DNA from: Amoebidium appalachense
Lineage: Eukaryota; Protista; Ichthyosporea
Direction of reading: 5' to 3'
Assembly (NCBI GenBank): GCA_963693365.1
Contig: CAVNZM010000003.1
Coordinates: 10,508,101-10,572,100, forward strand
DNA: 64,000 nt
Below, piece by piece: positions 29,200 through 41,989 of the stretch. The notes beneath the pieces are model-generated. The model was not told the DNA's origin and did no database searches. It was given only the letters and a program-made list of their open reading frames with translations. The position numbers and the translations under genes are program-made. Position 1 is the first letter of the stretch, and each line of letters starts with the position of its first letter.

Positions 29200-31120
29200 G
29201 CGCACACACAGAGAAACGCACGCACGCACACACGCACACAGACACAATCACACATTTTGAAACACACACATACACTAGAGCCAGTGTGCAAGTACATAAG
29301 CACAAACACTCGCAAGAAAATCAATAAATATAAAAGGCGAGGGAAAGAAAGGGAAAAAGAGAAAGGTATGCGTGCCACCATCCAACCCAGAACCAAAGAA
29401 GAAAAAATGAATGAATGAATGGTGGCACCAATAGCATTCAAACCCCAGCAACCACATAATACAGACTGAATATTGACACGCCACACCAACACATTGTCAA
29501 CCACCCAACGGTGGATGTTTGTTTGTTGGGGATTTTTATAGTTAAATGTGTCGGGGTTGGTATACAGCCTAAGGTGTGCCGTTTGTGCGAATGTGAAGTT
29601 TGTGGGAGGGCTTTCAAGGAGAGAGGGGGCCAGGGGAAGGGCGGGGGGGGGGGGGGGGGTAGGCAATGATCATCGCAAACCTCAGCGGCCGGAAGTGCAC
29701 TTACGATGCCTTTTTAAAGTCTAAAATATAGAGAATAAACATCTGTACATTTTCTCATCTCTGATGTAAAACGCTATGCAGGGAAGGTCGGGCGGCTGGC
29801 AGACACTCTTTGGGCCCGTTCGCCCATTTGCGACCCGAAATGTGAAAGACACAGGCCAACACTACCGGGGAGTATATTGGAATGGTAAAAAGGGCAAATG
29901 GTGTGCAAACATAGGAAGGAAAATGTATGTCGGTTCCTACGAAAACAGTCGCACGGCTGCAAGGCTGCGGGATTTGGCCATTGATTTGTTGGTGCAGAAG
30001 GGGGTGTTGGCTCACCGATACCTGGATTCTAAAAATGTTAGCCTCGGGAATTTGCGTAAATTCAAACCGACAGCCGATGATTTGGATTGGGCAGAGGAGT
30101 GGTGGGCCAAGAAAACAACAAAGACGAAATGGTCAGTGTACAGGGGCGTAACCTACAATATTGATTACATCCAAAAGCCGTGGCACGCGTTTTATTCGAA
30201 GGATGGTGTTTGTCATAACGGCGGGAACTATGCGACAGAAGTGGAGGCGGCACTTGCAAGGGACAAGGTGATACGTACTCTGGAGATTTCAAAGCGAGAG
30301 AAACTAAGGCGCCTAAACTTCTATCTCCCTGGCGATTATTTGAGTGTCGAGGAAGCAGAGCAGGCGGGGTGCATAGGGGTGTCCTTCCACACAGCCAGAT
30401 CCCATTTACCCAACCCTTACCAAGCGCTCGGAGTGGATAGAACTGTTTTGGGTGCCCCACAGAAATATCTCGGCTGCTTTGCCTCGGTCACCGAAGGAGG
30501 CCGGGCATACGATCGAGACGCACTGGCTGCATGGGCACAGCAAAACGGACCACGCGGCCCCCTGCCCCCAACCAACTTCTGTCCGACCGAATACGGACAC
30601 AAACTTCTGCCGCCACCAATCCACAACCCCACGATAGCAACCACAGACGAAGGCTCCGGTGGTGTTACGCATACCGCTGCCGACGAACATTCCCAACCAC
30701 ATCATACCCTATGCCACCCAAGAAATTGGCGGTGATGCCAACAATTCACCTCAAAGCAACAGGCAGGCTAAATCGACTCCACAGAGCAACAGCAACGACG
30801 GCACATTTGCTGTTGGTGACGTCACTGACCGGAATGATGACGACGTGGCGGGACAACACAACTCCCACTCGGATGCAAACGTTCACTTTCAGGCAGGGGT
30901 GGGGCAGAAAAGAATGGTTTAAGTGTGGTAGGTGGTCAGATACGTATACAGAGGTGGGCCCCGGGGACACATAAGGTACTCTTATAGAAGGTCCTAATTG
31001 TATAGACCGGAGAGAAAAGAAGGTGGTTTGTGGACACTGATCATTCACCGGGGTGGCGGTTACTAGCTGTATGTACATGTGTATATGTGCAATGTGTCAT
31101 TGATTAGGGGTACATATTGC
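26105..31120 (+). repeat. Segmental repeat unit A, copy 3 (uninterrupted)
   Basis: Colinear with copy 2. A further diverged partial copy of the flank 25680-26230 lies at 32780-33460. Confidence 0.9.
29776..30735 (+). CDS. Protein with three AP2/ERF-like DNA-binding domains
   Basis: YRGVYWNGKKGKWCANIGRKMYVGSYENSRTAARLRDLA; YRGVTY..WHAFYSKDG..GGNYATEVEAALARD..LNF; IGVSF..KYLGCFASVTEGGRAYDRDA..TNF. A 4-bp insertion (AATT near 30724) truncates the tail relative to the paralog, whose stop corresponds to 30922. Confidence 0.85.
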   Translation: MQGRSGGWQTLFGPVRPFATRNVKDTGQHYRGVYWNGKKGKWCANIGRKMYVGSYENSRTAARLRDLAIDLLVQKGVLAHRYLDSKNVSLGNLRKFKPTADDLDWAEEWWAKKTTKTKWSVYRGVTYNIDYIQKPWHAFYSKDGVCHNGGNYATEVEAALARDKVIRTLEISKREKLRRLNFYLPGDYLSVEEAEQAGCIGVSFHTARSHLPNPYQALGVDRTVLGAPQKYLGCFASVTEGGRAYDRDALAAWAQQNGPRGPLPPTNFCPTEYGHKLLPPPIHNPTIATTDEGSGGVTHTAADEHSQPHHTLCHPRNWR

Positions 31121-31135
31121 TCTCCCTCTCCTTTT

Positions 31136-31221
<86 letters not shown>

Positions 31222-31250
31222 TGCACCGTGTGTGTGTGTGTGTTTGTGCA

Positions 31251-31302
<52 letters not shown>

Positions 31303-31892
31303 ACCGTGTGTATGTGTGTGTGTGTGCGCGCACGCTTTTTTTTGTTTTTTGTTTTTTGTTTTTTGTGGTGTGAGGGGGGGGGGGGGGGGGGTTGTTTTTG
31401 TTCATATTTTTTTTGCTGATGTATGATTGTGCGGTGGTAAGCCGAATATTGTTATTGTGGTCACGGCTGGTCACATTAAACAAAGGTGCTCTGTTAGCCA
31501 CAGGCAGGTATTGATAACCTGATAGCTTTGTATTTGATCAATACATGCATTTATATGCATACAGTGTGACCTAGCTTTTGTACTTGATCAACTGCATGCA
31601 TTCATGGGGGGTTTACGCTTTTTACTCAAGGCAAAGAGAGACCATGGCCAGTCTTAGGTATGGAGTTTTTGCTAGGTATATCCCTTCAGCGCGTTAATAT
31701 GCATACCGGGCAAGCACGTGTAATGGTAACTCATCTTTATTAAAGATCTGCAGCTTATTTCTGTCTGTCCAGAGCTAGTAATTGCAACTACCTGTGACAA
31801 ATGATGTGCAGTAATCGACGTCACTTTAACTAAAGTCTGGCTATGTATGGCAAATTGGCAACCTGTTGTATTCATTGTACTTGGGTCCGGAG

Positions 31893-31959
<67 letters not shown>

Positions 31960-32359
31960 ACATTCCCTGGCATGTACACACACCATGTGAAGCCATGCAC
32001 TTGAGCCATGTGGACACTATTGATCCAAAAAGTGATATGATGTGTGATATGTACACTCTCTCTCGGCAACATATCTCTTTTGCCCCGTCCCCCCCCCCCC
32101 CCCCCCCCCCCCCCTCTCTCTCCTCCCCTTTCTCTCTCCCTCCCTGTGCTTCTCCCTCCCTCTCTCTCCAACTCCCGAGACTCTTTCCCCGCCCGTTTTC
32201 TTTCCCTCCCTCGCTCTCTCTCCTCTCTCGCTCTCTTGCTGTTTCCCTCGTTCTCTATTATAGAACTCTCTCTCTCTCTCTCCCGTTTTTTTCTAGAGCT
32301 CTGTCCCTCTCACTCCCTCCCTCCCTCCCTCTCCCTCTCTCTCTGCAGTGTCTCTCTCT

Positions 32360-32405
<46 letters not shown>

Positions 32406-32491
32406 CCTCCCCCCCCCCCCCCCCCCGCCCCGCCCCTCTCTCTCTTTCTCTCCCTTTCTCTCATGGTCTATCTCTCCTTAGAGCTCTCTGT

Positions 32492-32522
<31 letters not shown>

Positions 32523-33652
32523 CTCTCTCTCTCTCCCTCACTCCCCCTCCCTTCCCCCACCCCCCTCCCCCCCCCCCTCCCCTCCCCCTCTGCCCCCCGC
32601 CCCCCCCCTCTCTCTCTATCTCCCTCCCCCCCCCCCCCCCCCCCCCGCCCCCTCCCCCCTTCCCCCTTCCCCCCTCCCCCTTCTCCTGTCTCTAGAGATC
32701 TCCCTTCCTCACTTTCATTTTCCGCGTCTGTGCGTGTGTGCTTGTACGCATCACTCTGGAAGACTCGCTGCTGCTGGCTGGCCCACGTGGTTTTCTACAG
32801 TTAACCTTCAGACTGAAAATATCATATGCAAGCTAAAACAAACTGATTACGAGTTTAGAGTATGCATGTTTCCGGTATATACGGTACCCAAACGGATGAC
32901 GGCGCAAAGCAAACGGGTTTGCGGTCGATCCTGCTGGTCGACCCCCTTCCATGTTTTTGCCATTGCCCATCATCGATCATTTTCCCGCAATTTTTCTTTG
33001 ACGTTAGATAAGCCATCGCCAGTGCGCCGGGCCGGGGCACTGGCCTGGGCCCGCCCCATGGCCAAGAGCTGGCGTCGCACTGCACACCTAGGCCTGTGAG
33101 TGCGCGCCCGAAAGCCTTACAAAAAGATATGATGATGAGCGCAGTATTTGTGGTGAGCAAGCAGAGTACAAGTGAACTGTGTGATTTTCGACATACTGAT
33201 CCAGTAAGGGCCTGCCCCCCCTCCCCCCCCTCCCCCCTCCCTCCCCCTCCACACACCACCCCCACCCCCTCCCCTCCTCCCCCTCATCTCCCCCCTCCCC
33301 CCCTCTCTCTCTCTCCCCCCCCCCCCCTCTCTCTCCCCTTCCCCGCCTCCACCCCCTCCGTCCTCTCCCTCTCCTACCCCGCCGCTCCCTTATCCAACCC
33401 CTTTCCGCTCTTCTCCGCGCACAAACACAATGCACACATGATTCCTTTGTTTGCCTCTACCTTGCACAAAAAAGAATCCATCTGGTCTAGCTCAAACCAT
33501 AATCATTGTTTTTCTTATATTTTACGAATATAAGTAATTCGATTACACACACAGCAAAATGGCCGTGGTAATTCTTTCTGTCCTGGCTGTCTCTGCCCTT
33601 GTGCATGCAGCCCATTTCCGCCTCCTCTCCCCCCCCCCCCCCCCCTCCCCCC

Positions 33653-33683
<31 letters not shown>

Positions 33684-34055
33684 ACCCCTCCCCAGTGTTA
33701 CAGTAAGTCAGTAAAAGCTACATACCCTACCCACTTGAGTTCTAACCCTGTTTTGTGAACTTCGTTTCGGAGTTGCTTCGTCCTATAAGAACCTTTTTTT
33801 CTATTGCAAATGTGGGCCAATCATAACTTAATAAAGAACCAGATTATACATAGTCATATTGCACGGCAAAAGCACATCACAGATAGGTCGAGACTTTCAA
33901 ACTTTGCCGATATTCAATAAGTAGCACGTTTTTGTATGGTACACTGCCATACTTGGGGGAAAACACCACATGCCCACGTTCTTCATGCACTGCGCATGCC
34001 AGCTGTGCTCCTCTGTCAGGGTACCTGGTGTGCGTGTGTGTATATTTATGTCACC

Positions 34056-34285
<230 letters not shown>

Positions 34286-34619
34286 GGAGGGGTGGGGGGG
34301 GGGGGGGTTATGGCCTCTGTGGGCATGTGTGTGCACAGGAGGAGGAGGGGACCCCGAGGAGGGGCACAGGAAGAATTTGCATCAGAAACTGTCCAACTGT
34401 TTGTGTTTGTATTCAAGGATTAATAAAGATATTCTTTCAAGTGTGAGAGAAGGGAGAGGTGCTCAAAGTTTAGAACTCGGAGGATGTGAGAAGAAGGTAC
34501 ACATGGTGGGGAGGAGGGGGAGAGGGGGAAGCTTTGGGGACTCTGTGGGGGGGGGGGGGGGGGGGGGGGGTATTAGGCCAAGTTGATATAATGGTGCAAC
34601 TTCTGATGCATGACTTGTG

Positions 34620-35512
34620 CCCAATGAGCGAACTGCAAGCTGCTCCGTGGCCTAGCACTCTGTCACATTACCTCCCCCCTTGCTGATAGGCTGAAAATCA
34701 GTCACTTACCCCCCCCGGGCGGGGGGGGGGGGGAGGGGGGATGTAGCTATGTAGTTTTTTTTGTTATTATAAATGTGGGAGAGGTGGCGGGTCGGAGTAT
34801 TTGACCCCTTTTGTGTGGGTAGATGTGTTTTTCTTCTCTTCTCTTCTTTTGTTTTCTTCCTTTCTTCCTTCCTTTCTCTTTTGTTCGTTTTTCTTTTTTG
34901 TTCTTTTCTTTCCTTTTGGGGGGGGGAGGGGATACAGTGGCTGGTTTTGTTTGTTGGCAGCTCGTGCGGAGATTGACAAAAGAAAATGTTACTAAGTGAC
35001 TAGTTTGAGTGTACGGAAGTTGGATGGAGGGAAGGGCCACAGTGGTTGGAGCATAAGGAATACATATGTAACTCTGGAAATTCCTGAGATCAAAACGAAT
35101 ATTAGATCAATATGGACTTCAATCTATGGCTGCAAAAAAGTCCATTGAGACGAAGGTTAACAGAGAGGTGGTAAATGTAGAGCAGCAAGGCTAAGAGTGG
35201 AAACGTGAAAAGCGAAAGAGCGGGGAGTTAGGGGGATGGGGAGAGAATGAAGGTGTGCATCTGGGTGTGTGTGTGGTAGGACCGGGGGGAGGGGGGAGGG
35301 GGGATGGTGGCAAGGGGAAGGAGGGGAGGGGAGGGGGGGGGGGGGGGGGGAGGGGGGGAGGGCGGATTTCTCAAGAATTGTTTATCACACGGGGGTCAAA
35401 TATACGACAAAAGCGTGATTTTTAGTTTGAATTGGAAGGAGAAGTGTTGAGACTGGCGAATGTGTGATTGGTGGGCACGTGTTCGTTTACGTGTGTTTGT
35501 CGGGGGTGGGGG

Positions 35513-35545
<33 letters not shown>

Positions 35546-37030
35546 GGGGGAGGGGAAGTCGGGCGTTGTTTTTCTCATTCTTTTCTTTCTTACATACTTC
35601 TTTTTTTTTTTTGTGTGTGTGTGTGTGTGTATGTGTGAGAGGGGGGGGGGGGGGGGGGGGGGGAGGTTGGCGGTAAGAAGGGTGGTATTGGTTGGTTGAG
35701 GGGAAGAAGGAAGCACGCGGGAAGAAGAGGGCGATGTGTGTGTATGTAGGGGAGGGGGGAGAAGGAACCCCTCGGCGAGAAGATGGGGATGTGTGTGTAT
35801 GTGGGCCCCGGGGGAGGGGGGGGGGGAGGGTGAAGGGGGGGTGGGGGGGTGAGAGAAGGGGGGGGGAGAAGGGGGGGGGGGGGGGGGAAGGAGTTCAGGT
35901 GGTTTTCTACTGCGGAAGACTCCGTGCAGGCGATTGGGTAGAGTGTGTGTGTGGGGGTGGGGGGATGGAAAAGGGAAAAGGGAGGGGGTGGGGGGCAGGG
36001 AGGGGGGAGGAGGGTGTAGGAGTATTCGGATATTGGAAGCAAAGGAGAGGGCGAGGGGCAAGTATTCGTCGATCTTTAAGTTTTCGATTTTCCTTTCTTT
36101 TCTTTTTTTTTTAGTGTGCATACACGCGTATGATGATCTTATGGTGTGAGGAACGGTGGGGAACGGCGGATGGGGTTGAGGGGAGATATCGGGAAGGAGA
36201 GGGGGGGGGGGGGAGGGGAGGGGGAGGGGGAGGGGGGGAGGGGGGAGGGGGAGGGGGGGGGGGGAGAAGGGAGGGGGGGGGGGGGGGTGAGAAAAGGGGG
36301 AGTCTTACCCAAGCCAATAGTTTCAAGTACGGATGAGATGGGTGGTGGTGGTGGGGGGAGGGGGGGGGGGAGGGGGGGAAGAGGGGGGAGGGGGGGGGGG
36401 GGGGGGAGGGGGGAGACAATAAGCACCAAATGCTGAAATGACCCGTATTTGGGGAAGCCAGGAAAATGGTTTCAAAAGAGATAATTTAAAGTAACAGAAA
36501 GGGTTTAAAATGCCGGGAGAAGTGCAGATTGTGTGTGGGGGGGGGGGAGGGGGGTGTTGGGGGGGGGGGGGGGGGGGGTTGCAAGTTGGTGATTGGAGGG
36601 GTGAGGTTATCATGCCAAGTCAGTGATAAGAGCTTAATGGTGCCGGCATAGGTAAGAAAGAACCTTTAACCTGTGAAGCATGATTTTTGTCCAATGAGAG
36701 AGCTGAACTGCTCCGTGGCCTAGCACTCTGTCACATGACCTCCTCCCTTGGTGATTGGGCAAAAATCAGTCATTTATGGGGCCCCGGGAGGAAGGGAGGG
36801 GTGGAGAGCGGGGGAGAGGGGGGGGTATGTAGCTATGAAATTGTTCACTATTTTGTTTTGTTCTTTTTTTTTTTTAAAAGCAGGTGTGGGTGCAGGTCGG
36901 AGTGTTTGATCTCGTGTGTGTGGATAGATGGGATTTCTTTTCTTTCTGTTTTCTTTTCTTCCTTCTTTCATCTCTTTCTTTCCTTTTCATTTTTCTTTTT
37001 TTTCTTTCCTTTTTTTGGGGGGGGGGAGGG
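34620..37030 (+). repeat. Diverged direct duplication (34620-34930 versus 36690-37030)
   Basis: CTGCTCCGTGGCCTAGCACTCTGTCACAT and AAAATCAGTCA are shared. Confidence 0.8.
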
Positions 37031-37177
37031 GGGGAAGGGGGGGAGAGGGGAGGGGGGATGGAGGGGGAGGGGGGGGGGGGGGGAGGGGGGGGCGTGAGGA
37101 GCGAGGGGAGGGTGGGGAGGGGGGGGGGGGGGAGGGAAGGAGGGGGGGATGGGGGGGGAGAGCATAGAGCCGAATAG

Positions 37178-38717
37178 TGTTAAATTATATAAGTATTTGG
37201 GACAGAAGCAGAGACACAGTGGTGCAGTGTGAAAACACCACAGACACAACAACAAAACACGGAACGATCGGAGCAGTGTACACAACAGACATCAATGTTT
37301 AGACACGACTCAACTAAATTTATTTCGATCTCGTATATATACTCGAAATTCCCTTAAGTCAAATCCATCCGTGATATTCCGACCAGTCGGAAATCAAATC
37401 TGTCTCTAAAAGAAACCAATCACTAAGAACTGATTACTTTCAGAGAGATCCGGTAGGCGGATATGTACACGATAGGATACAGACACCAGCTAAGATCAAC
37501 TCGTGTCATTATCAAGGAAGTGAGGGGAAGTTCTAACCGATGACACACTGCAAAGACTCAGACATACTACACTTAACCTTGATGATTGGTTAAAGTCCGG
37601 CAACACATGAAAACTAAACTTGAAGTAAATTATTGAAGTCTAATCACACATGTTATTCTAAGTGTAGCCTAAGTGTGTTACCGTCCAATCAACACATATT
37701 AAGTAACATAAATCTACCTAACATATATTAGTAGAAAAGAAATACGATTATACACACGAAGACAAGGAGAGAAAGAAAAGAAAATAAGGAAGGAGAAAGA
37801 GAAAGGAGAAGAGAGCACAGATCAACAAACAAGATAGTAATAGTATAACTATACCTAGAGATATTTATGTACACACGAACATGTACACGTCTCTCCCTGA
37901 GTGGGTGGATCCGTGTACACACATATAAATATTCTAATCGATATTACAATACACGATTAAAGCCGATACAATACGATTACAAGTATACAGGCATATCGGA
38001 GATCGATGCTACACTTTACATAATAGGAGTGTGGCATTTATTCTAAGCATATGAACTGAAACATAACACAAACTGAAAAGATCTTACCTAAAGTAGATAC
38101 TACGTACTACAACATCCCCACTTAAGACGTTGAAGTTTGTGTTATCATATCCCCACTGAACTAGTGAAATCTCCCCACTTGAGAACAGAAACGAAAAATT
38201 AAAGTGTGTGGGTTCCCCGGGGGGAGGGGGGGGGGGGGGGGGGGGGGGGGGAAGGGGGGGCAAAAACAACGAAGACCCACAACGACGGTTGTTGGGATGT
38301 TACTAACTGGGTTTTAAACCGGTGAAAGATAGAGTAGACTCGGGGTACAGGTCAAACCATATATAAAAACCCTAGGTGGGCATACCCACAAAGGCAATAT
38401 ATATATGAAATAATGATGGTGGAAGACTCCAGATCTTGATGTTAAAATTCACACACAAATTTAAAGTCCACAAACAAAGTCCACAAGTGGGTGGTTAAAC
38501 CCGAAGACAACCTCCAGAAAGAAAGCACGATAAAGTCCCCACTGATGTTGAAGAGGACTAAGACAACAAGGACGAAGTAGTAATCATTCCAGCCGGGAGG
38601 CAGTGTAGGTGCATCTGCTGTCCAGGGCCCCGGTCGTAGTAGAAGACCACAAGTGAAGGAAGACGGTTCAATCAACAATGTCCGGCACACAAAGTCGGGC
38701 ACGATGGGTGAAGTGGC

Positions 38718-38718
<1 letters not shown>
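37178..38718 (-). mobile_element. 5'-truncated Copia relative: last pol codons, 3' UTR, PPT and 3' LTR (38114-37178)
   Basis: The minus strand encodes RHFTHRARLCVPDIVD*, matching the pol end HVHHRARLCLPDIVD* at 21584. PPT AAGTGGGGA is followed by TGTTGTAGTACG, and the LTR is a diverged copy of 16189-17113. Confidence 0.93.
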
Positions 38719-38750
<32 letters not shown>

Positions 38751-39321
38751 GGGGGGGGGGGGGGGAGGGGGGGGGGAGGGGGGGGGGGGGGGGGGGGAGG
38801 AGGGGAGGGGGGGGAGGGGGGGAGGGGGGGGGGAGATTAGCCCGGTTGTTTTGCAAGGTGAGAAGCACAATTTCTCAGGTCACGTGCACTGGGATGTTGG
38901 AACATATTTCTAGTATTTATTTTGCAATTGGTGGCAACCACACAGTGACTGTTTCGTGTTTATTCCGGTGAGGTGATATACAGTGAGGTGATAGAATACC
39001 GTAACAGTCTGCCATACCCGGTAGACAGAAGATTTCAGGGGACCCTCGTGCTCGGTACTGTATGCACTCAGCTAAATTGTCGTTGCGCTTTGTGTTATTT
39101 GCAGTGCATTCATTCGATGTAATTAATCATGGGTTTCAAGTAGATCGGTGTTATCGCTGTACATATATCAGCAGCTGAATTCATGAAAGAGTGTGCGGCA
39201 ATACGCGGCGTGCTCGCAACGGTATGCAGCAGGGCAGAAATCCATTCGCAGATTTGGAGTGTGCACACGTGTGGATGCACATGTGTGTAGCTGTACATAC
39301 TGGCACATGTACGAGGGCCGT

Positions 39322-39399
39322 TTAGCGGTCACCAATCTGCTTCTTGGCTGCGCGCACCACCACACGAACAAGGCGGATGATCAGGCGAACGGGGACCAT
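39322..39399 (-). CDS. 25-aa cationic amphipathic micropeptide MVPVRLIIRLVRVVVRAAKKQIGDR
   Basis: The paralog at 46425-46514 has identical first 20 aa with 5 synonymous-only differences. Good Kozak context (AAGATGG) and a TATA-like TATATAAA about 65 bp upstream. Confidence 0.65.
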   Translation of the reverse strand: MVPVRLIIRLVRVVVRAAKKQIGDR

Positions 39400-40100
39400 C
39401 TTCGCGTTTTGTTTGAGGTGATTGTCAAAGTTCAACTGAAGGCAAACTGAGGTCGCTGCCTGTTTATATACGTGCTACTTCAAAAGCACGCCTGGTGCCA
39501 TAAGTTGAACATTGTCGATTTCCATTGGCGTAAAAGTTGTTTATTGAAACTTTGTTGAAAGTTTGTTCCCAGATCTAGATGACAGATGGCCGTTACACTA
39601 CGATCACAAATGTCACTAATTAGAAGTCTTTTTTCACGATCTTTTTTTTTTTTTTTTTAAAAAAAAAACGTTCAATAGCTTATATACGGTTCTACTGACG
39701 TTTTCGAAGCACATATATTGTTGCAGTAAGAGTAACAGTACTAAGTGCACGCGCCGGCGGACGACTCACCGAGGGGGCGACCGACATTCCGGGATAAAGA
39801 AAGCCAATTGTTTCATTATTGTACAACATTCCATTGCAAGATCACGATCACACATTCCAACCCAGATCTGCCGCGACCCGAACACTGTGGTGACATCTAG
39901 ATATGCAAAGTCAGACAGACAAGCGCAGAAGACGTCGCTTGTGCTTTCCACCGGATCCGAAGCACTTCGAGTTTCGATATTATCACAGTGTAGCCTGCAC
40001 ATTAGAATACATATCTACACAGCTCCACCAACATACGCCCTATTGGCTACATACCATAACTTGCTAACTTGCTGGCAATTTATCAGCCAAACTTTGAAAA

Positions 40101-40497
40101 ATGGTGGTACCTGTTCGCCTGATTGTTCGCGCTTGCAAGCGTGTCGTCCACATGGCCAAAGGTGCCGCAGGCAGTGCGTCCTCACAAGGAAAAGCCACAC
40201 CTTCCCAAAAAAGTTGTATTATTAACCATCAAGAAAATAGGCAGGCATTCAGCTCTACGGATGCACCCACAAATGGTGAAGATTTTGTTTTTGTAGAGTC
40301 CAACACATCGACACCGAGAGGACTTGAAGCCACAACGAAGCCACCACAGTCAGAACACACTGCCTCGCGTATCTCCAGTAGTGAAAGTGAACCAGCGAGA
40401 GACGATTATGTTCCTAAACCAAGAGTTCCCGTTTACCGGAAAAGAACTCGTGCTCAGTTCGCAGCTAGAGCGCAAATTCATGAAGAGAGCGACCAGG
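40101..40497 (+). CDS. First exon of a hypothetical protein (MVVPVRLIVRACKRVVHMAK...), divergent from the micropeptide gene
   Basis: AAAATGG start, ORF to the likely donor G|GTAAGG at ~40498, and a paralog at 63580-64000. Confidence 0.5.
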
Positions 40498-41683
40498 GTA
40501 AGGTTGAAACGTGCGAAATGCCCTTGTTGTTGATTCTAGTTTGGTAGCGGAGCTTCAGAAAATGAAATGTACCTATGTGAATTAGAGAATCAGTAGCAAA
40601 ACATTCTCTATGATCATGAAATGGCAGCTGCAGACCTATCTGTGCCGCAGCGAACTTATCACTTGTACATATGCATAATAATATTTGTGTCCTTCCTCCT
40701 GCACACGATCATACGATAATATTCCTCAAATGCAATGTGCCTACCTTAGCATAATTTCAACGTTCTGTTCCCTCCCCATGCCGCTACATTGGTTGGGTCC
40801 CGGTCCCCCGATCATTAATACTACAAAAACACACAAGACATCTTTGTACAATTTCTGTGAAATGTATTATCAATAAATAAAGCAAAACTTTTAATTCTAA
40901 ACCAGCACATTGTCAACATTTCTCTAGTGCGAATAGTTGCCCCCCCCCCCCCCCCCCCCCCTCTTAACCTCGTGCCCTACGCTGTCACGAGCGATATCCT
41001 TCTCTGCCCACTTTGGCCTCCCCCCCCCCCCTCTCCACCCTCCCCCCATCCTCTCCCCCTCTTACCGCACCCCTACCCTTCAAGTCCACCCCACTCCCGA
41101 CCTCCCCACCCCTTCAGCTCAAGCCCCAGCCTCCTTCAGCTGACGTGGATGTTAATATCATTCAGATGGAAATGTGATGCCGGTGTTGCAAAAGGGCCGA
41201 TATGATCTGAGTGTAGACGGAAGGATGCTGCTGGGAGGGAAACACTGGCTGACTACTGGGTATAGATAGGAACTTGAGAGATGTTTATGGTGATGAACTC
41301 ATGAGTGGCCACTGCATGTAGGTCATGGATTGATGGCGGTTGACGTGTTGGCACGTGGGTAGAGGCGGAAGGGGGATCTCTCTAGAGGGGGGAGGGGAGG
41401 GGGAGGGGGGGGGGGGGAGGGAGGTAGGGGGAGGGGGGGGGGGAGGGCTTGTTTTTGATTACACTCGATTATTAAACGATCCTTTGGTAAGAGTGTCCAT
41501 ATTGTGTATTGTAATGTGTTCATAACTACTGAAACGCTCACATACCAAGCATGACCATGAATCCATGCATATGCATATACATGATATGCAACATTTTAAT
41601 AATGACGAAGTTAGTGGGAACCTTCATACGGAGGCAGGCCGGCACCCACCCAATGTGACTCGTCTCCCACAACCACACATGCC

Positions 41684-41933
<250 letters not shown>

Positions 41934-41989
41934 AAAAAACACACACACAAGGCGCGCTCACACACACACAATACCCTCCCCCCCCTCCC

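Noticed and set aside
38719-38750. Poly(A) tail of a retroposed element truncating the Copia
   Set aside because: A similar T-rich then G-rich tract with the same downstream sequence is present in the paralogous unit at ~45930-46060, so it belongs to the duplicated host unit.
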